Shown: positions 9,358-16,847, counted from the stretch's first letter. The stretch is DNA of 64,000 nucleotides from Candidatus Parvarchaeum sp. (GCA_020724955.1 DYFY01000005.1:452-64451), one strand, 5' to 3'. Program-made: numbers and translations. The notes: generated by a model not told the origin, from the letters alone.

Positions 9358-9861
9358 ATGGTTTCTTTGAGACAAAGACAGGCGGCAAAGAGGAATATTA
9401 GAAAAGCGCAAAAAAAATGGCGGAGCATGTCTCATAAGGAGCATGCAATGGCGCAGCCACAGGGGAGCGCTAGGAAAAAACCAGGTACAACCGGAAAAGG
9501 AAATTTCTACAGAATTGTGGTGCGACCAAAGAGCGAATTTGTGAGTTTTAAAAATCATGACGTCGGCAAAAAAGGACATATTGAAAGAATTTCTGGAAGA
9601 AGAAAAAGCGGAAGCTGGGACACTCAAGCATGGCTTATCAGCAAAGCCGACGCTAAAAAAAGCGGAAATACTCTTGTAGGAATAAGCGAGGATGCCAAAC
9701 AAGTCATAAGAAGTCTGTCATCAAAACCAAAAAAAGTTAAAGGAGATGTTTTTGAAGCACACCCGAGAAAAAATGTGCCTGAAAAATCCAAGCCTACAAA
9801 GGCAATGAGAACTGCGCAGAAGCAGAATATAAAAAAGGCACAGAAAGCCCGGTGGAAATAG
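9358..9861 (+). CDS. Highly basic hypothetical protein with NI[RK]KAQK motifs at both termini
   Basis: AKRNIRKAQKKW near the N-terminus and QKQNIKKAQKARW at the C-terminus. Core KGNFYRIVVRPK. The internal ATG at 9358 is preferred over the track start at 9274. Confidence 0.5.
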   Translation: MVSLRQRQAAKRNIRKAQKKWRSMSHKEHAMAQPQGSARKKPGTTGKGNFYRIVVRPKSEFVSFKNHDVGKKGHIERISGRRKSGSWDTQAWLISKADAKKSGNTLVGISEDAKQVIRSLSSKPKKVKGDVFEAHPRKNVPEKSKPTKAMRTAQKQNIKKAQKARWK

Positions 9862-9868
9862 AGAATTT

Positions 9869-10609
9869 CTATTGGTAGCCTCCATCAACTACGATAACAC
9901 TTCCATTGATATAACTTGCATCGTCAGAAGCCAAAAAAACAGCTACCCTTCCAATTTCTTCAGGCTTCGCAAACCTTTTTAAGAAAATTTTTTCAGTTTC
10001 TTCTTTAATGTAACTTTTTGGCAAATTTTTATTCATTTCGGTATCGACCCACCCGGGAGCGATACAGTTTACTAATATATTAGGAGATAATTCCATTGCT
10101 AAACTCTTTGTAAGGTTAATTACTCCGGCTTTTGAAGAGCTATAATCTATTGAATCAGGATGCCAACAATTAATTCCATTGGTAGATGAAATGTTAATGA
10201 TTCTACCAGATTTTTGTTTTTTCATATATTCAGAAGCATATTTGGAAGTAAGAAAAACTCCTATTAAATTGACTTCCAAGGTTCTTTTCCATTGGGCGAT
10301 GGTTCTCTTATTAAATGGAACATCAAAAACAATGCCTGCGTTATTAACTAGAATATCTATTTTCCCAAAAATTTTGATCGCTTTTTTGAACATTAATTCA
10401 ACTTCTTTTTCTTTAGATACATCACATTTAATTGCTATAGCTTGCGAGCCGAAATCATTTATTTTTTTAACAACATTATGAGCCTGTTCCTGAGAGTTAC
10501 AATAGTTAACAATAACTTTTGCCCCCTCGCGAGCAAAAAGGAGAGCGATAGCCTTGCCTATTCCCCTACTTGATCCAGTTATCAAAGCCACTTTATTTCT
10601 TAACCTCAT
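9869..10609 (-). CDS. Short-chain dehydrogenase/reductase (FabG-like)
   Basis: TGSSRGIGKA cofactor motif, NNAG, and a catalytic YSSSK. Confidence 0.9.
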   Translation of the reverse strand: MRLRNKVALITGSSRGIGKAIALLFAREGAKVIVNYCNSQEQAHNVVKKINDFGSQAIAIKCDVSKEKEVELMFKKAIKIFGKIDILVNNAGIVFDVPFNKRTIAQWKRTLEVNLIGVFLTSKYASEYMKKQKSGRIINISSTNGINCWHPDSIDYSSSKAGVINLTKSLAMELSPNILVNCIAPGWVDTEMNKNLPKSYIKEETEKIFLKRFAKPEEIGRVAVFLASDDASYINGSVIVVDGGYQ

Positions 10610-10738
10610 AAAATTAACAAACTAATCCGTTTTATTAAACCTTTCCGCAAGCCTCCCAAAACACTTAAATACCCCTGCAAACTCACTTTAGAGGTAGGAT
10701 GAGGTTTGGTGATGCTTATTCTGCAAGGAATTGAACCG

Positions 10739-11209
10739 ATGAACGAAAGCGTGGTTGTCAAGAAGGGCAACAGAATAAAGGTCGAATATGAAGGCAGACT
10801 AGAAGACGGAACTGTTTTTGACAGCACTGCTAAACATAACGGGAAGCTGCTTGAATTTATCGCTGGAGAGGGGAATGTTATTTCTGGATTTGATGATGCT
10901 GTTATTGGCATGAAAGAGAACGAGGAAAAAGAGTTCACTCTTGAGCCGGAAGAGGCTTATGGGGAGAAGAAAGAAGAGTTAAAGCAGAAGATTCCGAGAC
11001 AGGCGTTGCCCAAAGAACAAGAACCAAGGGTTGGAATGATGTTGATGATAGGTTCTCCGGATGGAAGGCAGTTTCCTGTTGAAATTACTGCTGTAGATGC
11101 TGAAAGCATTACAGTGGATATGAATCATCCGCTGGCCGGAAAAACACTGATATTCAAAATCAAGGTCAAGGAGATTGAGGCTGTTTCTGGAGAAGAGAGC
11201 AAGAAGTAA
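10739..11209 (+). CDS. FKBP-type peptidyl-prolyl cis-trans isomerase (SlyD-like)
   Basis: VKVEYEGRLEDGTVFDST, FIAGEGNVISGFDDAVIGM and HPLAGKTLIFKIKV. Confidence 0.85.
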   Translation: MNESVVVKKGNRIKVEYEGRLEDGTVFDSTAKHNGKLLEFIAGEGNVISGFDDAVIGMKENEEKEFTLEPEEAYGEKKEELKQKIPRQALPKEQEPRVGMMLMIGSPDGRQFPVEITAVDAESITVDMNHPLAGKTLIFKIKVKEIEAVSGEESKK

Positions 11210-11318
11210 AATAGCATGAGAGTCGGCAGTAGTTCTATGGTAATAAGTCTTGAAGGTTTGAGACAAGTTGATGGGAAAAATAGTTTTTTCATGTTAAATA
11301 AATGTAAGGAGGATACGC

Positions 11319-11573
11319 ATGGGAAATAAGATATATGTTGGCAATTTGCCTTACAAATTCAAGGCCGACGACTTAAAGGAAGCTTTTTCCGAATTCGGAG
11401 AAATAACAGAAGCTACTGTCATCACAGACAGATATTCTGGGAGGTCAAAGGGATTCGGTTTCGTGACTTTTGCTGATGAAGAGTCTGCAAAAAAGGCTGT
11501 TGAAGCTATGAACGGAAAGGAAGTTGAAGGAAGAGAGCTTAAAGTAAACGAAGCAAAGCCTAGAGAAGAATAA
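11319..11573 (+). CDS. RRM (RNP-type) RNA-binding protein
   Basis: RNP-2 IYVGNL and RNP-1 KGFGFVTF. Strong SD AAGGAGG upstream. Confidence 0.85.
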   Translation: MGNKIYVGNLPYKFKADDLKEAFSEFGEITEATVITDRYSGRSKGFGFVTFADEESAKKAVEAMNGKEVEGRELKVNEAKPREE

Positions 11574-11601
11574 TTTTTTGGAAGAAATTTTTGTTTTTTT
11601 A

Positions 11602-11811
11602 TTAATTTTGAGTATCTAGGAGGAGCTTTAGTTTGTTATTGATTTCCTTTTTGATTTCTGCGTTTTTAATATGGCCTATCTTCTTAATAATTTGATTTTT
11701 GTGAAGAGTGGCTAACAAATCCAAATAAACTTCTTTGTAAGCTTTATTCTTACAAGTGCCTAAATAATTGCAACATTCTTGATTAGAGTTTTTGTTTTTA
11801 GGTTTTTTCAT
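11602..11811 (-). CDS. Hypothetical small Cys-containing basic protein, third gene of the vapBC operon
   Basis: 4-bp overlap with the vapC stop. No motif recognised. Confidence 0.35.
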   Translation of the reverse strand: MKKPKNKNSNQECCNYLGTCKNKAYKEVYLDLLATLHKNQIIKKIGHIKNAEIKKEINNKLKLLLDTQN

Positions 11812-12203
11812 TTCACAAACTCAACGTTTTCCAGATTTTCAAATTCTTTATCACCAGTGAGAAATTTCATGTTACTTCTTTTTGCATATATGTAACCAAT
11901 ACAATCTGTGTAAGACAGACTTTGTTTTTTATGTTCCTTTCGAAAGCTAATTGCCTCTTTTAACACTTCATCACTAATTTCAACAACAGATTTTTTGTAT
12001 TGATTATATATTTTTTCAAGCTCGGTTTTGGTAAAATTGCCGAGACATATATAATAAATCTCTGCTAAATTAAATATTGTTATAGTTATCTCAGCATTTT
12101 TATACTTCTCATAATTTGGATTTTGGGCAAGAATTTCTATGACTGCGTAAGTGTCAAAGAAAAAATTATCTTTCTTAGAGTCTACTTCTTCGCTTTCAGC
12201 CAT
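11808..12203 (-). CDS. vapC: PIN-domain toxin (VapC-like)
   Basis: Acidic PIN residues in FFFDTYAVIE and LSYTDCIGY, plus a C-terminal LTGDKEF. Overlaps the upstream antitoxin gene. Confidence 0.75.
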   Translation of the reverse strand: MAESEEVDSKKDNFFFDTYAVIEILAQNPNYEKYKNAEITITIFNLAEIYYICLGNFTKTELEKIYNQYKKSVVEISDEVLKEAISFRKEHKKQSLSYTDCIGYIYAKRSNMKFLTGDKEFENLENVEFVK

Positions 12204-12454
12204 TCTTCCTCTCTTTTCCTATCAGAATTACTGATCCACCCTTCTCTAGCCTCATCTTTTAATTCTTGGGCTGTTTTTTTGAATCTGTCTCTTCCAAAAC
12301 CCCATAAATCTCCTGCTTTCGGCCTAGTTCTTTCTATCGAAATAGTCACTTCTGTGTTTTCTTTGATGTGTTTTTTGCTAGCGATTTCGTTGGGAATAAT
12401 TACAGCAACAGAGTTGCCCCATTTTCTTGCTATAGTTTTTATTTCGTTTTGCAT
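12182..12454 (-). CDS. vapB: AbrB/SpoVT-type antitoxin (VapB/MazE-like)
   Basis: IARKWGNSVAVIIPNEI swapped-hairpin motif. Overlaps the PIN gene. Confidence 0.75.
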   Translation of the reverse strand: MQNEIKTIARKWGNSVAVIIPNEIASKKHIKENTEVTISIERTRPKAGDLWGFGRDRFKKTAQELKDEAREGWISNSDRKREEEWLKAKK

Positions 12455-12497
12455 AGATATAATGATACATAATGATATTTAAACATATTGTTTTATT

Positions 12498-12560
12498 TTA
12501 ATCCGAACTTCTCTGGTATGTTTGAAGTTTTAGTTTTTGCTTAAAAGTTTCAGCTTAAAG
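12498..12560. repeat. Copy A of a 63-bp intergenic repeat (partner at 13273..13335)
   Basis: TTAATCCGAACTTCTCTGGTATGTTTGAAGTTTTAGTTTTTGCTTAAAAGTTTCAGCT... is near-identical to the partner. Confidence 0.85.
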
Positions 12561-12850
12561 AAAATAATGGTTAATGTATTAGGACTTTGTTCTTGCAGGA
12601 TTGGTGGGTGAACTCTTGATTTTTTGGTCGACATTTGCAACGGATAAAATAATAAGCCTTCGTGAATTTCCCGACAGCTCTTTACTCAGAATTTTTCCTC
12701 CATTTTTTATAAGCGTTTGATTATTTGTTCTTTTGCCATAACAAGGCTTTTCCTGGGGAAAGCAGTTAGTGTGTGAAAAAGTTTTAGGTCTCTCTAAAGG
12801 GCGTTTAATGCATCTTGTGCGAAGTTTTTGTGTGTGACCAACTAGTTTGT

Positions 12851-13237
12851 TTAAAAAAAATTAGAGTTGTACATCCTGAAACCCGATTTTGGAAAAATCT
12901 GTCTACCTAATTCGTAAAATTCGGAGAATTTAGATTGGAAATAATCAAAATTTCTGGTGTTTGGAGTAATTAATCCGATATTTCCTCCATGGGTCCCTAC
13001 CCCTCCATCGGCGTAGTTGCCTCCATCTAAGATTCCATCTCCCTCAGAATCATAAAGGTGTAAATAGTGATACCCTTCACCATTAATTGTAATCTTTATG
13101 GTTTCGTCTTGTCTTTGAATCACTTTTAACCTTGTATTTCCAAAGGTTCCTCCGGTATCTATCCCTCCTTTAGGTATCAGTGCAAAAGCTAATCCTGTTA
13201 GTGATAAAGCTCCCAAACACTTAGTGATTCTTTTCAT
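12851..13237 (-). CDS. Secreted/anchored hypothetical protein with a DxEGDG motif
   Basis: N-terminal signal/anchor plus DSEGDGILDGG. Confidence 0.5.
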   Translation of the reverse strand: MKRITKCLGALSLTGLAFALIPKGGIDTGGTFGNTRLKVIQRQDETIKITINGEGYHYLHLYDSEGDGILDGGNYADGGVGTHGGNIGLITPNTRNFDYFQSKFSEFYELGRQIFPKSGFRMYNSNFF

Positions 13238-13272
13238 ATTTGTTATTGTAGCTACGAGTTTTTAAATCTTTC

Positions 13273-13335
13273 TTAATCCGAACTTCTCTGGTATGCTTGA
13301 AGTTTTAGTTTTTGCTTAAAAGTTTCAGCTAAAAG
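13273..13335. repeat. Copy B of the 63-bp repeat
   Basis: See 12498..12560. Overlaps the 3' end of the small ORF at 13329..13490. Confidence 0.85.
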
Positions 13336-13490
13336 GGCGAGAAGCTGATGAAATTTCCTAGAAGTTGAATTATTCCGAATATTATTAGATAGACCCCGAC
13401 TGCCCAACGCAGAAGCTTTGGAAATATCAGGACCACGAAACCTAGAATTATTGCGAGAATTGCGGAAATTGTTATGGAAATTATTGCCAT
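13329..13490 (-). CDS. 53-aa two-helix membrane protein (DUF3096-like by recollection)
   Basis: MAIISITISAILAIILGFVVLIFPKLLRWAVGVYLIIFGIIQLLGNFISFSPF*. Below the ORF-track cutoff. Confidence 0.5.
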   Translation of the reverse strand: MAIISITISAILAIILGFVVLIFPKLLRWAVGVYLIIFGIIQLLGNFISFSPF

Positions 13491-13538
13491 GTTAGTTTTA
13501 GTGCGCTGAAGTTAATAAACCTTGCTGGTTAGAAATGG

Positions 13539-13826
13539 CTAATACTGGGATCGCTCTCTTAGGAAGATGGATGCCAGATATATGATAGCCAGAGATATTA
13601 TTGTTATTGTTAAAGAAGTTAGAATTGAGGCGTATGCTGAGCTTTCAACGTGCGTGAAAAAGACCACTAAAGAGTGTATTGTATCGAAAATTGTTTGACG
13701 CCAGGTAAACGCTATTGTGAACGCTAGTGTGATGATTATCAGGAGACGTATCTGGCGCCTAAATTCACGTCTAAAGTTCTCTCCACCTATAAAAAAATTT
13801 CTTGTGCGTCTTCTAACTTGTCTCAT
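13539..13826 (-). CDS. Small membrane protein with an Arg-rich N-terminus
   Basis: ATG at 13826 (MRQVRRRTRNFF...). Two TM helices. The track start at 13847 is a TTG. Confidence 0.45.
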   Translation of the reverse strand: MRQVRRRTRNFFIGGENFRREFRRQIRLLIIITLAFTIAFTWRQTIFDTIHSLVVFFTHVESSAYASILTSLTITIISLAIIYLASIFLRERSQY

Positions 13827-13930
13827 TTTCTGCTTATGTCGGCGCAATCGGCGCTTCGCGCCTCAGTTCATTGAGGCAAGTTTTTTTAAAAGTTAAAAGT
13901 TAAAAAAATAAATTTTTGTTGCAAACATAC

Positions 13931-14077
13931 TTATTTGCCACTCATCATCCCTAGAGCTCCAATTACAGCTAAAACGCCGCCAATTGCTGCTAGGTAAAAT
14001 TGGTTAGTCCAGAACTCACCGACTACTGCAAGAATACCTCCGATGAGTACAACCCACATTTGCCATCCGCCTTTCAT
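13931..14077 (-). CDS. 48-aa Gly-rich two-helix membrane protein
   Basis: MKGGWQMWVVLIGGILAVVGEFWTNQFYLAAIGGVLAVIGALGMMSGK*, preceded by the SD GGAGG. Below the ORF-track cutoff. Confidence 0.5.
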   Translation of the reverse strand: MKGGWQMWVVLIGGILAVVGEFWTNQFYLAAIGGVLAVIGALGMMSGK

Positions 14078-14209
14078 GTTAAAAACCTCCTTATAGTTGT
14101 TGGTAAATATCGTTTAATTAAGTGAGAGAGATTTAAATAAGTTTGCCTTTTTTCTGGTTAATTTACAGATTTTAGAGCAAATTTCTTAATTTTTTGAGAT
14201 TGGAGAGAT

Positions 14210-14328
14210 GTTTGGGGCTGTTTAAGGGGTGTTTGGGGCTGTTTTTACTTTTATCGACGATAAACAGCTGTTTGGGGCTGTTTAAACAGCTGTTTAAAAC
14301 TTTAGCTGGGGTGTTTGGGGCTGTTTAA
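14210..14328. promoter_or_regulatory. Array of four GTTTGGGGCTGTTT repeats interleaved with two perfect AAACAGCTGTTT palindromes
   Basis: Repeats start at 14210, 14231, 14270 and 14313. Palindromes lie at 14262..14273 and 14284..14295. The array sits upstream of the ORF at 14424. Confidence 0.7.
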
Positions 14329-14423
14329 AGGGTGTTTAAGCTGTGTTTTTTTGAAAAACGAAATCGTCGATTAAACGGCTTAAAAACATAAGATTTTTAA
14401 ATATTGGGTGTTTAAGAATTCGT

Positions 14424-15050
14424 ATGTTTTGGTTATTTGGAAAAAAAAGAGTTGAGAGGCTTGAAAGGGATATTGAAAAAAGTTTTTTAACTGTTAAAAA
14501 TGATTTTGAAAAAGTTGGAAAATGGATTAAACACCTGGATGGGCATAAAAGGGGGCTTTCGAAAAGCGTTGAAGAGATAAAGCTTGAATTAGCGACGATT
14601 CGTGAGGAGCTTGAAACTATCAAAGAAACAATTTCTTTAGTTAATTTTGCGGCTGAAGGCAAACAGCTGTCCAAAAAACAAACAGCTGTTGGTAAACAAA
14701 CAGCTGTTTATGCTGTTCAAGAACCTGTTCAAACAGCTGTTCAAACAGCTAATTTTTATGATTTTTTACAAGGTTTATCTGCTAATGAGAGGTTGATAGT
14801 TTTTACGCTTTTGAATGCTGATGAAGGCATGAAGTTAAGTTATGAGGATATAGCCAGGCTGTTGGGAAAAGAGAGATCTACTATCAGAGGTCAAATAAAC
14901 GCGATAAAACAGAAAAGTGAGGGTTTGTTATTTGAATTAACCGAACCCAATGGGAAAAAAAGAGTGTATATTCCAGAGGAAATCAAAGAAAAATTAACAA
15001 AATATGCAAAAGTGAGAGTTAAAGGAGCTGGAAAAAGAAATAAAAAATGA
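14424..15050 (+). CDS. Coiled-coil + C-terminal winged-helix DNA-binding protein
   Basis: N-terminal heptad-rich region. Q/T/A linker encoded by AAACAGCTG repeats. C-terminal HTH LSYEDIARLLGKERSTIRGQINAIKQK. Confidence 0.6.
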   Translation: MFWLFGKKRVERLERDIEKSFLTVKNDFEKVGKWIKHLDGHKRGLSKSVEEIKLELATIREELETIKETISLVNFAAEGKQLSKKQTAVGKQTAVYAVQEPVQTAVQTANFYDFLQGLSANERLIVFTLLNADEGMKLSYEDIARLLGKERSTIRGQINAIKQKSEGLLFELTEPNGKKRVYIPEEIKEKLTKYAKVRVKGAGKRNKK

Positions 15051-15370
15051 AGATTTTCATAAATTTTGCAAAAGTGAGAACTTTTTGGAACCAAAAACTC
15101 GGAGGAAGTGAGGGAAAATTTAAAGAAATTGCTAAAGCTGGCGAAGTGAGAAATTTCAAAATTGGCAGTTTGTGGAAAAATGAGAGTTAAATGAGGAAAA
15201 ATTGCCTTTTGTGCGCAATTTTTCTGATGTGAAAAAAGAAAAAAGCGGTTTATTGAGCTAAATTTGGGCTTTTTAAGGCTTGAAAAGCTTGATTTTGGGC
15301 AAATTGGATTTTGTAGCTTCGCTTTTAATTCTATTCGGTATATCGAAAATAGTTAGTGTTTAGTGGGTTG

Positions 15371-16078
15371 TTAGATTGCCCGAAGTTGATAAATTGTTTC
15401 TAATGATGCTATTTTCCTGAGTTCAGGAGAGACTGAAAGTATAATCCTCTTGTTATTTTCTCTTTGTTTCTCAATAGGGATTCCTTTCTTTATGATCCTT
15501 AAGATATAATCGCGGATCGAGCTTTCTGTGAGCGAAAGTCTTTGAGAGAGGAGCGCATAATCGACGATAAATCCTTTTTCTTCTAAGTCATAAAGGGCGC
15601 TAAAAACCTGCATTTCCTGAACAGTTAATTTCTTAAACTTAAAGCGAACTTCTTTTTTTATCTCGTCCAGAGAGTTTAAAATTTCTGAAACTTTTTGAAA
15701 ATTGGTGATTTTATCTGTTTTTTCGTCTGTTTTTTGAACTTTTTCTGTGTGTTTCTGGTTGTTTAGAAATGGATTTCCATGAGAAATCAGGGGGTTGTTG
15801 TCTGTCTGTCTGTTGTGTTGTCTGTCTGTCGAAACCCCTCTATTTCCAGTGGAAATAGCTAAATTTGGGCTTTTTAAGGGTTCTAATTGATAATTCATTG
15901 TCGAAACTATTGTCTTATGTCTGTTGTCTGTCTGTTGTTGTGGGATTTGTGCTGAATTCTGTATATGAATATTGTTCTTTAGCTCTGAAATGGCACTTTT
16001 CAGGTCTAAAAGCTCTGAGCATATAAAATCTATATCCTGCCTTATCTTTTGAAATGCTTCTTTTAGCTTGTCCTGCAT
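15371..16078 (-). CDS. Coiled-coil + C-terminal winged-helix protein, paralog of 14424..15050
   Basis: Same architecture. C-terminal HTH DYALLSQRLSLTESSIRDYILRIIKKG. Linker encoded by CAGACAGACA tracts. Confidence 0.55.
   Translation of the reverse strand: MQDKLKEAFQKIRQDIDFICSELLDLKSAISELKNNIHIQNSAQIPQQQTDNRHKTIVSTMNYQLEPLKSPNLAISTGNRGVSTDRQHNRQTDNNPLISHGNPFLNNQKHTEKVQKTDEKTDKITNFQKVSEILNSLDEIKKEVRFKFKKLTVQEMQVFSALYDLEEKGFIVDYALLSQRLSLTESSIRDYILRIIKKGIPIEKQRENNKRIILSVSPELRKIASLETIYQLRAI
15842..15856. promoter_or_regulatory. ORB-core-like palindrome ATTTCCAGTGGAAAT inside the 15371..16078 ORF
   Basis: 15-bp dyad matching the TTCCAGTGGAAA core recalled from archaeal origin recognition boxes. 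Confidence 0.35.
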
Positions 16079-16102
16079 GATTTTTTTAATAAATGAAAGG
16101 AT

Positions 16103-16384
16103 TTAAGGATTGTTGTGCTGGTGCTTCTTATAGACCTCATAGGCTGTTTGAGATATACGCCAGCGCTGGCGCCTTGTGTATTGTTTGCCTTTGGAGGATT
16201 TTGTTAGTTTTGTGACTAACTTGTTTTTTTCTAATTCCTCTAACAATGATTTTGTAAACTCTTCATCCCGTATAATCTCTTCCGCTATTTTGCTAGTGAA
16301 AGCTGGCTGCGGAGAAATTATAAAAAGATAATGCAATATCTGCTCTGAAATCTTCCGGCGCTTTGAATTTGAAAGGCGTGGCAT
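16103..16384 (-). CDS. Small winged-helix protein
   Basis: 93 aa. wH-like FTSKIAEEIIRDEEFTKSLLEELEKNKLVTKL. Confidence 0.5.
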   Translation of the reverse strand: MPRLSNSKRRKISEQILHYLFIISPQPAFTSKIAEEIIRDEEFTKSLLEELEKNKLVTKLTKSSKGKQYTRRQRWRISQTAYEVYKKHQHNNP

Positions 16385-16439
16385 TTTTGTATTTGGGGAA
16401 TGAGATTTTTATAGTTGTGGGAAGGTTTAAAAATCGAGT

Positions 16440-16847
16440 GTGGATTTTGGAGACGTGGTAGAAAAAAAGCTTGCTTATGAAATAGAAAAGTTGCTGAACC
16501 TCGAGCCTGAGATTGAAAAGATTATTTTAGGAATAGGTTTGGACCTTTCTGAACTGTTATATAGAGGTTTTGGAGGAGACAGACTTGAACGTATGCGCAT
16601 GACTGGTACTGATAGGGATGACCCTTACCTATTTGCTGTTAGATTTAATGATCCGGAGAAGGGGGGCGGAATTTGCTACGCTGTTCGCAGGGGCTATGAG
16701 TTTAGAAATGTCCTTGGAGTTTTTGCTTTAGCAGTTTATGATGCTAACTGCCTCAGGCAAGAGGATACCTCTGGAGAGTTTTTCTCTTTTAAAAAGAGAA
16801 TAAGGCCCCCAGTAGTTTTAATTGAATTTGTTCCGATAACTCTATAA
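16440..16847 (+). CDS. Hypothetical protein, first gene of the lhr operon
   Basis: GTG start. The stop at 16845-16847 abuts the lhr ATG at 16848. No confident motif (contains LLYRGFGG). Confidence 0.5.
   Translation: MDFGDVVEKKLAYEIEKLLNLEPEIEKIILGIGLDLSELLYRGFGGDRLERMRMTGTDRDDPYLFAVRFNDPEKGGGICYAVRRGYEFRNVLGVFALAVYDANCLRQEDTSGEFFSFKKRIRPPVVLIEFVPITL

Noticed and set aside
10606-10938. 110-aa minus-strand ORF overlapping the FKBP gene start
   Set aside because: It is a Ser/Pro-rich shadow ORF. The + strand frame encodes clear FKBP motifs.
13838-13890. GC-rich segment, considered as a tRNA or tRNA fragment
   Set aside because: It forms only two short hairpins. There is no acceptor/T-arm cloverleaf geometry and no GTTCRANYC-like T-loop. 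No tRNA-like, rRNA-like or other large structured-RNA segment was seen anywhere else in the window.
14336-14674. 112-aa minus-strand ORF across the repeat array and the 5' end of the 14424 gene
   Set aside because: It is a Ser-rich shadow frame. It spans the intergenic repeat array and the opposite-strand start region.
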